IMG/VR virus record: IMGVR_UViG_2547132280_000007
DNA from: a virus
Taxonomy: Duplodnaviria > Heunggongvirae > Uroviricota > Caudoviricetes
Direction: 5' to 3' (one strand)
DNA: 31,479 nucleotides
Shown: positions 17,070-25,704 of the stretch, one piece after another
Layout of the letters: each line of letters starts with the position of its first letter
Position numbering within the stretch: position 1 is the first letter of the stretch
The notes under the pieces: model-generated
What the model was told of the DNA's origin: nothing
Seen by the model: the letters and a program-made list of their open reading frames with translations, nothing else
The model's database searches: none
Translations under genes and position numbers: made by a program

Positions 17070-18143
17070 TTACGCTCCCGGCTCTGCGGTCGCTTTAGCC
17101 GGTGTGGAGAAGTCACCGACCTTAATTTTTTCCACCAGACAACCGGCGGCGTAGTCTTCCACCACGTAATCAATGTTCATTGACTCGTAGTTCTCCACGC
17201 GGTCGAGTTTCGGGTTTTCCACAATCACGCGGCGATGGCTGTCATCCATGTAGTAGATGGACAGGTTTTCCAGCTTCGTAATGAGCATCGCATCCGCCGG
17301 GAAGTACGGGACGCGTACCGCCGGCAGGTTACCGATGCGTTTCTGACTGATGATGACGTCAGCGGCCAGCATTTCGCTGTTGTCCTGCTCTTTGTTGACG
17401 ATGGGGAAATACTTGTCCGCCAGTAGCTGACGCCCCACAATCACCACAAGGTCAGGGTCTTCCTGATACCACGGTTCAATCAGGTTGTTGGTCGCATCCA
17501 TCACCAGTGCGTCAAGGCTGGCATAATCACCGCCCTTACCCACGCGGATAACCTCAGAGGTGGTGTGCCCTTCCTCATCAGTGACCTTGCTCATCACGCG
17601 CGCCGGTGCTTCATTGCGGTATTTCTGCAGCCAGCCGACCGCCACATCCTGCAGCATCGGATTGCTGCTGCGGTCAGAGGTTTCGGCACGCTTCACGCCG
17701 TTAAAACCGGCCATGATGAAATCAAGGGACTGGCGTTTGATAATGGCGTTACGGATACGGAGCTGGAAATCCTGATAACGCGCCCACAGGTCAAGCGTTT
17801 TGTAGCGGATATAAAAATCGAAGTTAATCTGGTCGCATTCGTACTTGTTTGACGCCAGCTTCGAGAAGTCCTTTGGCTGACGCTCGGTGCCACCGGCGGT
17901 GTCGGTGGTGCTGGCGATGGAGCCGGTGACACCGATGCCAATTTTTTCCCCTTTCATTTCGCTGACCGGCACAATATTGATGCGGGTCAGAAAGTCAGAG
18001 GACTCCTGCATGGTGTTCATCAGGGTCTGGGTGACCGACGGTTCAACGGTGAATTTTTTCGACACATCACCGGCGTCGATGCCGTTCAGTTCGGCAACAC
18101 GGGACAGGTAGGCATTAAATTTAAAGCGGGTTTCCTGGCGCAT
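17070..18143 (-). CDS. N: major capsid protein gpN, 357 aa
   Basis: 357 aa, as P2 gpN. Confidence 0.9.
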   Translation of the reverse strand: MRQETRFKFNAYLSRVAELNGIDAGDVSKKFTVEPSVTQTLMNTMQESSDFLTRINIVPVSEMKGEKIGIGVTGSIASTTDTAGGTERQPKDFSKLASNKYECDQINFDFYIRYKTLDLWARYQDFQLRIRNAIIKRQSLDFIMAGFNGVKRAETSDRSSNPMLQDVAVGWLQKYRNEAPARVMSKVTDEEGHTTSEVIRVGKGGDYASLDALVMDATNNLIEPWYQEDPDLVVIVGRQLLADKYFPIVNKEQDNSEMLAADVIISQKRIGNLPAVRVPYFPADAMLITKLENLSIYYMDDSHRRVIVENPKLDRVENYESMNIDYVVEDYAAGCLVEKIKVGDFSTPAKATAEPGA

Positions 18144-18201
18144 AGTTTTTCCTGAAATTAAGGGTTAATCGTGAAGGTTTTCCCGGACTGACTGACGCCG
18201 G

Positions 18202-19056
18202 TCAGCAGTTCGTCATCAGCGTGTCACCGCCACCGCCGGTGGCTTTGCTGCGGCGCTGCTGGGTCAGACTTTCGGTGTGGTCGAGACTGTTTTTCAGGCG
18301 GGTGAATGCCTGGCTGGTTTCATCCGCCCTGTCAGTCACCTCCTGCTTAAGTGCGGAAAAGGCGGTTTCCATCTCAGCGAGGCGCTGCTCAGTGGCGCTC
18401 AGTTTTTCCTGCACATGTTCAGCAACAGCGGTCACCGCTTCATGCACGTCATTCAGACGGGCATCATCGCTGGCCTGTTTGCGGCCAAAAATGGACTTCA
18501 CCTTTTCGGTCAGGGCGGTGAACACGGTTTCAGGCAGGTCTTCAAATTCCAGCTCAACAGGCGTTGCCACTGAAATCAGGTTTTCAGGGCTTAATTTGAA
18601 GCGGTTCAGGGGGTTGTGTTTTGCCGTGCGGCAGAATTCCAGGTATTCCGTGCCGAGGCTTGCCGGGTCATCGGTGACGGCCAGCCCCACCAGATAACAT
18701 TTGCCGGTGTTGGCAAAGTTCGGCTGAATTTCCATTGAGGTGTAGACCTTCTGCGCGGCCTTGTTCATCGCGATAAGGTCATCGGTCGGGGTGATTTTCG
18801 CAAACAGCGCCCATTTGCCTTTCAGCGCCGAGTCATCGTCAATCTTTTCGGCCTTCAGTTCGGCCACATCGCCATAACGCTTAAAAATACCGTCAGGCAG
18901 GATGCCGCGCAGATGTTCCAGGTTAATGCGGCAACCGTAGACACGCGGGTCAAAGGTTTCGGCCATTTCCTGAATATCCTGCGCACTGATGACACGCCCG
19001 TCACAGGTGTCACCCTCAACGCCGATACGAAAGAATTTTGAGACTTTTTTTGCCAT
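18202..19056 (-). CDS. O: capsid scaffolding protein gpO, 284 aa
   Basis: Start at MAKKVSKFFRIGVEGDTCDGR... (ATG at 19056); the track ORF extends to 19122. Confidence 0.85.
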   Translation of the reverse strand: MAKKVSKFFRIGVEGDTCDGRVISAQDIQEMAETFDPRVYGCRINLEHLRGILPDGIFKRYGDVAELKAEKIDDDSALKGKWALFAKITPTDDLIAMNKAAQKVYTSMEIQPNFANTGKCYLVGLAVTDDPASLGTEYLEFCRTAKHNPLNRFKLSPENLISVATPVELEFEDLPETVFTALTEKVKSIFGRKQASDDARLNDVHEAVTAVAEHVQEKLSATEQRLAEMETAFSALKQEVTDRADETSQAFTRLKNSLDHTESLTQQRRSKATGGGGDTLMTNC

Positions 19057-19229
19057 TGTCAGGAGTCCTGAATAGTGATTAGAGGAGTCACATGTCGGCA
19101 TCAGTTTCCCGACGATGCGCATCCTCCGCCATCAGTCCCGGATGGCTTATCACTGACACAACAGCACCTTAGCGAATCGCGGGGCGCGACTCAGTAGCCT
19201 TGCCGTGTATTCATCACGGCGAGGTATTC
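19057..19229. promoter_or_regulatory. divergent late promoter region between O and P
   Basis: 173-bp non-coding spacer between the divergent O and P starts; contains the dyad GTCGG-N10-CCGAC (about 19094-19113). Confidence 0.5.
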
Positions 19230-21002
19230 ATGACCATCACCACAGACACCACTCTTTTACACGACCCGCGTCGTCAGGCGGCGCTGCTGTACTGGCAGGG
19301 ATTTTCCGTGCCGCAGATTGCCGCCATGTTGCAGATGAAACGCCCGACGGTGCAGAGCTGGAAACAGCGCGACGGCTGGGACAGCGTTGCCCCCATCAGC
19401 CGTGTCGAAATGAGTCTGGAAGCGCGGCTGACCCAGCTCATCATCAAACCGCAGAAAACCGGCGGTGACTTCAAGGAAATTGACCTGCTCGGACGCCAGA
19501 TTGAACGACTGGCACGGATAAACCGCTACAGTCAGACCGGCAACGAGGCAGACCTTAATCCGAACGTCGCTAACCGCAACAAAGGCGGGCGTCGCAAACC
19601 GAAAAAGAATTTTTTCAGTGACGAGGCCATCGAAAAGCTGGAGCAGATTTTCTTTGAGCAGTCTTTCGACTATCAGTTGCACTGGTATCGCGCCGGGCTT
19701 GAGCACCGCATCCGCGATATCCTGAAATCCCGCCAGATTGGCGCAACGTTTTATTTTTCCCGCGAGGCGCTGCTGCGTGCCCTGAAAACCGGTCATAACC
19801 AGATTTTTCTGTCGGCCAGTAAAACGCAGGCGTATGTGTTCCGCGAATACATCATCGCCTTTGCCCGTCTGGTTGACGTTGACCTGACCGGTGACCCGAT
19901 TGTCCTGGGCAATAACGGCGCAAAACTGATTTTTCTCGGCACCAACTCCAACACCGCACAGAGCCATAACGGTGACCTGTACGTCGACGAGATTTTCTGG
20001 ATCCCGAATTTTCAGGTACTGCGTAAGGTGGCATCAGGTATGGCCTCACAGAGTCACCTGCGCTCGACCTATTTCTCCACCCCGTCCACGCTGGCGCACG
20101 ACGCCTACCCGTTCTGGTCGGGTGAACTGTTTAACCGGGGACGCGCCAGCGCCGCTGAACGCGTGGAAATCGACGTCAGTCATAACGCCCTTGCCGGTGG
20201 GCTTCTCTGTGCGGACGGCCAGTGGCGGCAGATTGTCACCATTGAGGACGCCCTGAAAGGCGGCTGCACATTGTTCGACATTGAGCAGCTTAAACGCGAA
20301 AACAGCGCCGACGATTTTAAAAACCTGTTCATGTGTGAATTTGTTGACGACAAGGCATCGGTGTTCCCGTTCGAGGAGCTGCAACGCTGCATGGTCGACA
20401 CGCTGGAAGAATGGGAAGACTATGCGCCGTTTGCCGCAAATCCGTTCGGCTCACGTCCGGTATGGATTGGTTACGACCCGTCACACCGTGGCGACAGCGC
20501 CGGATGCGTGGTACTGGCACCGCCGGTGGTGGCCGGTGGCAAATTCAGAATACTTGAGCGTCACCAGTGGAAAGGCATGGACTTTGCCACCCAGGCGGAA
20601 TCCATCCGCAAACTCACCGAAAAATACAACGTCGAATACATCGGAATTGATGCCACCGGCCTCGGTGTCGGCGTGTTCCAGCTCGTGCGCTCGTTCTATC
20701 CCGCCGCGCGCGATATCCGCTACACGCCGGAAATGAAAACCGCAATGGTGCTCAAGGCAAAAGACGTTATCCGCCGTGGCTGTCTGGAATATGACGTCAG
20801 CGCCACCGACATCACCAGCTCGTTTATGGCTATCCGCAAGACCATGACCAGCAGCGGACGCAGTGCCACCTATGAGGCCAGCCGCAGCGAGGAAGCCAGC
20901 CACGCCGACCTCGCCTGGGCGACCATGCACGCCCTGTTAAATGAGCCACTCACCGCCGGTATCAGCACCCCGCTGACATCCACCATTCTGGAGTTTTACT
21001 GA
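19230..21002 (+). CDS. P: terminase large (ATPase) subunit gpP, 590 aa
   Basis: Start at MTITTDTTLL... (ATG 19230, GAGGT 4 nt upstream) gives 590 aa, the P2 gpP length. Confidence 0.9.
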   Translation: MTITTDTTLLHDPRRQAALLYWQGFSVPQIAAMLQMKRPTVQSWKQRDGWDSVAPISRVEMSLEARLTQLIIKPQKTGGDFKEIDLLGRQIERLARINRYSQTGNEADLNPNVANRNKGGRRKPKKNFFSDEAIEKLEQIFFEQSFDYQLHWYRAGLEHRIRDILKSRQIGATFYFSREALLRALKTGHNQIFLSASKTQAYVFREYIIAFARLVDVDLTGDPIVLGNNGAKLIFLGTNSNTAQSHNGDLYVDEIFWIPNFQVLRKVASGMASQSHLRSTYFSTPSTLAHDAYPFWSGELFNRGRASAAERVEIDVSHNALAGGLLCADGQWRQIVTIEDALKGGCTLFDIEQLKRENSADDFKNLFMCEFVDDKASVFPFEELQRCMVDTLEEWEDYAPFAANPFGSRPVWIGYDPSHRGDSAGCVVLAPPVVAGGKFRILERHQWKGMDFATQAESIRKLTEKYNVEYIGIDATGLGVGVFQLVRSFYPAARDIRYTPEMKTAMVLKAKDVIRRGCLEYDVSATDITSSFMAIRKTMTSSGRSATYEASRSEEASHADLAWATMHALLNEPLTAGISTPLTSTILEFY

Positions 21003-22036
21003 TGAGCAAGAAAAAAGGGAAAACACCGCAACCTGCGGCAAAAAAAATGACCGCCAGCGCCCCGAAAATGGAGGCATTCACCTTTGGTGAGCCGGTGCCG
21101 GTACTCGACCGGCGTGACATTCTGGATTACGTCGAGTGCATCAGTAACGGCAGATGGTATGAGCCACCGGTCAGCTTTACCGGTCTGGCGAAAAGCCTGC
21201 GTGCTGCCGTGCATCACAGCTCACCGATTTACGTCAAACGTAATATTCTGGCCTCGACATTTATCCCGCATCCATGGCTTTCCCAGCAGGATTTCAGCCG
21301 CTTTGTGCTGGATTTTCTGGTATTTGGTAATGCATTTCTGGAAAAGCGTTACAGCACCACCGGTAAAGTTATCAGGCTGGAAACCTCACCGGCAAAATAT
21401 ACCCGCCGTGGTGTGGAAGAGGATGTTTACTGGTGGGTGCCGTCCTTCAACGAGCCGACAGCCTTCGCGCCCGGCTCCGTGTTTCACCTGCTGGAGCCGG
21501 ATATTAATCAGGAGCTGTACGGCCTGCCGGAATATCTCAGCGCCCTTAACTCTGCCTGGCTGAATGAGTCGGCCACGCTGTTCCGCCGCAAGTATTACGA
21601 AAATGGCGCACATGCCGGATACATCATGTACGTCACTGATGCCGTGCAGGATCGCAACGATATCGAAATGCTTCGCGAAAACATGGTCAAGTCGAAAGGC
21701 CGCAACAACTTTAAAAATCTGTTTCTCTATGCCCCGCAGGGGAAAGCCGACGGCATTAAAATTATCCCGCTCAGTGAAGTGGCAACGAAGGACGATTTTT
21801 TTAATATCAAAAAAGCCAGCGCCGCTGACCTGCTGGACGCGCACCGCATCCCCTTTCAGTTGATGGGCGGCAAGCCGGAGAACGTCGGGTCGCTGGGTGA
21901 TATTGAGAAAGTGGCAAAGGTCTTTGTCCGCAATGAACTTATCCCGTTACAGGACAGGATTCGGGAAATAAACGGCTGGCTCGGCCAGGAGGTCATCCGC
22001 TTTAAAAACTACTCACTGGACACTGACAACGGCTGA
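21002..22036 (+). CDS. Q: portal protein gpQ, 344 aa
   Basis: 344 aa; start overlaps the P stop (TGATG). Confidence 0.9.
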   Translation: MSKKKGKTPQPAAKKMTASAPKMEAFTFGEPVPVLDRRDILDYVECISNGRWYEPPVSFTGLAKSLRAAVHHSSPIYVKRNILASTFIPHPWLSQQDFSRFVLDFLVFGNAFLEKRYSTTGKVIRLETSPAKYTRRGVEEDVYWWVPSFNEPTAFAPGSVFHLLEPDINQELYGLPEYLSALNSAWLNESATLFRRKYYENGAHAGYIMYVTDAVQDRNDIEMLRENMVKSKGRNNFKNLFLYAPQGKADGIKIIPLSEVATKDDFFNIKKASAADLLDAHRIPFQLMGGKPENVGSLGDIEKVAKVFVRNELIPLQDRIREINGWLGQEVIRFKNYSLDTDNG

Positions 22037-22041
22037 ACATC

Positions 22042-22063
22042 GCCGCCTGCGGGCGGCTTTTTT
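22042..22063 (+). terminator. intrinsic terminator after Q
   Basis: gccgcc-tgcg-ggcggc stem-loop (22042-22057) followed by TTTTTT (22058-22063). Confidence 0.7.
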
Positions 22064-22205
22064 ACACCCCGTCATCACGCCCTCACACGCTCACCACCGC
22101 ACAAAACACCCCGTAGACACACCAACGCCCCGGCGCACAATCTAAACGCCATCAAGACGCGCTCAGACGCTGAAAAAATAAAATCAGCACCACCGCCAGC
22201 GCGCA

Positions 22206-22224
22206 GTGCTTTCCCCGCCTCGCC
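22206..22224. other. cos: cos cohesive-end site (19 nt)
   Basis: gtgctttccccgcctcgcc is the reverse complement of GGCGAGGCGGGGAAAGCAC, which I recall as the P2 19-nt cohesive end. It lies about 170 bp past the Q stop, the expected position. Confidence 0.6.
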
Positions 22225-22299
22225 CGCCCGCTTCATGGGGCGGTTTTAATGCAGTTGCATGAGTACGTTGGAACCGCACTGGTGCTGACGATACCCAAT

Positions 22300-22320
22300 C
22301 AAACCTTGCTGTATAATTAC
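22300..22320 (+). promoter_or_regulatory. candidate sigma70 promoter for the cargo operon
   Basis: TG immediately followed by a perfect TATAAT (22310-22317), about 130 nt upstream of the cargo gene start; the -35 element is weak. Confidence 0.3.
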
Positions 22321-22450
22321 TTGCGAATTCACGCACATCAACGCGAATCTTACATCATGAATAATTCATTTATGGCTACAGAATGAGTATATTGCATGTT
22401 ATGAAATAACTTTGTGCTCCTTCTCGTGGACATGTTCAACGGAGATCCAG

Positions 22451-23572
22451 ATGATTGCTGATTCAGAAATACTTTATGTTCCGCTAGATGATTTGGAACT
22501 TGACACAGAAAACCCAAGACTTCCTGAAGGCGTGTCTCGTGACCAATTGGGAATGATTAACTACATAGCAACCTCAACATCTATCGAAGACTTAATGAGT
22601 GCTATTGCGGAAAATGGTTTTTTCCCTGGAGAACCATTGATTGTCATTCCTGATAGTGGAGCGCCGGGGAAGTACATTGTAGTTGAAGGAAACCGTCGCC
22701 TATCCGCGGTCAAATTATTACGCGATCCGACACTATGTGAAAATCCAAGTGCTCGACTACGAGAAATTGCATCAAATGCAAAACATACGGTCGATCGTGT
22801 TCCTGTCATTGAGCGCCAAACAAGAGAAGAGATTCTTCCGTACCTTGGTTTCAGACATATTACTGGTGTCAAACAATGGGAACCCTTATCAAAAGCTCGA
22901 TATATTAAACAGCTTTTTGATTATACCAATGCAAATCTGGATCCAATGCTACGCTACTATGAGGTTGCCAGAGCTATTGGCAGTCGTAGGGATCATATCA
23001 AGCGTAACCTAGACGCTTTAGCGGTGTATGAAATCATTAAAAAAAATGATTTTTATGGTATTGAAAAGCTAGATGAAGAAACGATTAAATTTTCAGTATT
23101 ATCAACAGCACTTGCTGATGAGCGGTTAGGCCAGTTTGTCGGAGTTTCAATCGAAGACGATGGAGACACAATACCAAGTCATCCTATCATCAATTCTAAG
23201 AGTTTAAAGAACAAAGAAATAAAAGAACTAACTGAATGGTTATATAAAAAAGGCGAGGATAAAAAAACTCGTGTAGGAGAATCACGTAATTTAAGAGAAC
23301 TAGCTGCTGTTGTAAGTAGCCCTAAGGCATTGGAGCAATTCCGAATGGGGGCTCCACTCGCAGTTGCCTATCAATTGACATCTGATATTACTAAGGACTT
23401 TCTCCAGTTACTTTATCAAGTTGAAGCAGCTTTGATAGATGCAGCAGGCATGGTTGCCACGGTAGAGTATGATAGACAGGCCCATGAAGTAGCACGAAGA
23501 ATCAATAAACATATTAAGCTTATAGGTTCTGAAATAGCAGAGAAAAATAGCAGAGGTGATGATGACTTTTGA
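22451..23572 (+). CDS. ParB/Srx-like N-terminal domain protein, 373 aa (cargo gene 1)
   Basis: Start at ATG 22451 with GGAG 6-7 nt upstream. The N-terminal 150 aa follow the ParB N-domain pattern: LDDLELDTENPR, IVVEGNRRLSAVKLL (GxRR box), VPVIER. AT-rich. Confidence 0.7.
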   Translation: MIADSEILYVPLDDLELDTENPRLPEGVSRDQLGMINYIATSTSIEDLMSAIAENGFFPGEPLIVIPDSGAPGKYIVVEGNRRLSAVKLLRDPTLCENPSARLREIASNAKHTVDRVPVIERQTREEILPYLGFRHITGVKQWEPLSKARYIKQLFDYTNANLDPMLRYYEVARAIGSRRDHIKRNLDALAVYEIIKKNDFYGIEKLDEETIKFSVLSTALADERLGQFVGVSIEDDGDTIPSHPIINSKSLKNKEIKELTEWLYKKGEDKKTRVGESRNLRELAAVVSSPKALEQFRMGAPLAVAYQLTSDITKDFLQLLYQVEAALIDAAGMVATVEYDRQAHEVARRINKHIKLIGSEIAEKNSRGDDDF

Positions 23573-24551
23573 AGTAGGAGTTATGCATCCCAACTCTCCT
23601 CATTTGTTTGCAGATTTAGCCGAGTTACTCACGGTAATTAATTATACCGGACGTAACTCACTACATAAAAATGATTTAGATTCAGTAAGAAAATTCGGCA
23701 TAACAAGCGTTGAAGAAATTGATGAAGAATGTAATTCTGAAGAAGAAATTAATGGAGACGCTGAGAGAAATGATCGTTTTGAAGAGCAACTCGAAGATGT
23801 TTGGACACAACTCGAATATAGAGAAAGTGCTCTTGGAAAAATATATCCATTTATAATTTCAGGTGATGAGATAATTATTAAAGAAAATCTAAACCAACAA
23901 CAACGAATATATGTTTTTCTTCTTTGCTGCTCTAGACTTAGATCCTTTAAGTCGATTAAAGGAGCAGCACAACGTTGGGCAAAGAGCTTTGCCAGAGTAT
24001 GTAAAGTAGCAATGATTTCTCTCTTACCTGCACATGGCACCGTAAGAATTTTTGATGCTAACTCCGATGATAGGCAAAATTATTATGGAACAAATCTTCG
24101 GACAGCTCTACAAACTTTAGGAAAAGATCTTGGAGTTTGTAGTTTAAACACAAGGGAAATAAATAGAGCTCCCACATCTGGTGATGCCGGGTTTGACCTA
24201 ATTGCTACAGTGGAATTTCCTGATGGTCAAACTAGCAACTATGGAATTCTTGGTCAATGTGGTGCACAAGAAACAGGGTGGCCAAGCAAAACATTAGAGG
24301 CTAACGTGTTAAAACTGACCACCTATTTCCAAATTGCGTTCCAGCATCCATCAACAATGTTCACGCCTGTTTTCTATCGGGAAGCAAATGGCGAATGGGT
24401 AAGCACACACGCAACCGCTGGGGTATTATTATTAGATAGGTTGAGAATCATATATCTACTTGATAAGGCAAACCAATGGGAAGCGATAACTACCTCTGAT
24501 TGGTTTCGCGAATTTGAGGAAGAGCTTTATACATTAAATCCAGAGCCTTAA
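23562..24551 (+). CDS. hypothetical protein, about 329 aa, translationally coupled to gene 1 (cargo gene 2); possible nuclease or effector
   Basis: Overlaps the gene 1 stop by 11 nt. Start is uncertain (GTG 23556, ATG 23559/23562 or ATG 23583); AGAGG lies 5 nt before ATG 23562. No confident motif seen. Confidence 0.6.
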   Translation: MTFEVGVMHPNSPHLFADLAELLTVINYTGRNSLHKNDLDSVRKFGITSVEEIDEECNSEEEINGDAERNDRFEEQLEDVWTQLEYRESALGKIYPFIISGDEIIIKENLNQQQRIYVFLLCCSRLRSFKSIKGAAQRWAKSFARVCKVAMISLLPAHGTVRIFDANSDDRQNYYGTNLRTALQTLGKDLGVCSLNTREINRAPTSGDAGFDLIATVEFPDGQTSNYGILGQCGAQETGWPSKTLEANVLKLTTYFQIAFQHPSTMFTPVFYREANGEWVSTHATAGVLLLDRLRIIYLLDKANQWEAITTSDWFREFEEELYTLNPEP

Positions 24552-24558
24552 TAGCTTA

Positions 24559-25503
24559 TCAATCCCATAATTCTATTGGCAATGCCTTCGTTACAGCTTC
24601 AAAAAGCGGCGGAGGCACTGCATTACCAACCACCGTGTATTTCATGCCAAGACTTGCAGCATTTGTTTCTGGAAACACTAGATCCTCAAACCCTTGTAAT
24701 AGTGCTGCCTCTCGAAAACTGAATCTGCGAGCTCTCCGATCCTCAACAAATCTCCATTCATCAGTTCTTACTTTCTCCATCGGAGGACTGACAGGATGCA
24801 ACGGCATATGCCTTGCATTAGCAACTATTGTCTTTGAAATTTGATCCCAATCCTGGCGACGATTGCGAGACATATAATACCAATGGAATCCCATATCATA
24901 AAATTCACCTTCTGGCCATTCAGGTAAATGCCCTATAGCATCTTTAATAGTAACATAGTTGACGCCAGTTGCTGGCCCATGAGTTGGCTGAGGGAACTCG
25001 TACTTAACTTTGAAATCATTACGGATTCCTACGATAAATATTCTTTTTCTTTCCTGCGCTACTCCATATTCAGCCGCATTTAAAACTTTTGCGGAAACAG
25101 TATAACCTGCTTCAGTAAAAACCCTGATCTGGTCAGATAACAAATGCTCAAAATTTTTTCTAACCATACCAGACACGTTTTCTACTATAAAAGCTTTAGG
25201 CTTTATATTGTTTAAAGCTCTAGCAAACTCTAAATAAAGAGTATTAATTTTTCGATCGGCTTTACGCGCACCACCCTGGCTGAATCCCTGACATGGATAA
25301 CAACCTACCAGCAAATCAGATTTAGGAAAAGTAGTTACATCAGCAATATTGCCTAATATGTAATCAGTTTCTGGATGATTGGCAATATAAACATCGCGCG
25401 CATACGGCAAGATATCGTTGGCCATAAGCACATCAAAGCCGGCTCTCAAAACCCCCGCATCGGAACCACCGCATCCAGAAAAAAGTGAAACTACTGTTGG
25501 CAT
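24559..25503 (-). CDS. DNA (cytosine-5)-methyltransferase, 314 aa
   Basis: C5-MTase motifs in canonical order: I SLFSGCGG, IV GCYPCQGFS (catalytic Pro-Cys), VI FIVENV, VIII QERKRIFIVG, X VVGNAVPP. Strong SD (GGAGGGGATA) before the ATG. Confidence 0.85.
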   Translation of the reverse strand: MPTVVSLFSGCGGSDAGVLRAGFDVLMANDILPYARDVYIANHPETDYILGNIADVTTFPKSDLLVGCYPCQGFSQGGARKADRKINTLYLEFARALNNIKPKAFIVENVSGMVRKNFEHLLSDQIRVFTEAGYTVSAKVLNAAEYGVAQERKRIFIVGIRNDFKVKYEFPQPTHGPATGVNYVTIKDAIGHLPEWPEGEFYDMGFHWYYMSRNRRQDWDQISKTIVANARHMPLHPVSPPMEKVRTDEWRFVEDRRARRFSFREAALLQGFEDLVFPETNAASLGMKYTVVGNAVPPPLFEAVTKALPIELWD

Positions 25504-25704
25504 TATCCCCTCCTAAAACCGACCGCGTATTATAGCGAAAGCCTCCGTATATAGAAGCAGGTTTTGAACAAGATTATGTTCTCACTTTTTAACAACTGTG
25601 GCCATAAAAAATTAGCTCAATATGAAAAACAGATTAATTCATTGTTTTTCATAGAAAAATTCCACAAACACTATAACATTCCCACAACACTGCAGTAGTA
25701 GTCA

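Noticed and set aside
19257-19967. 236-aa minus-strand ORF overlapping the start of P
   Set aside because: It is antisense to the terminase gene and has no independent support.
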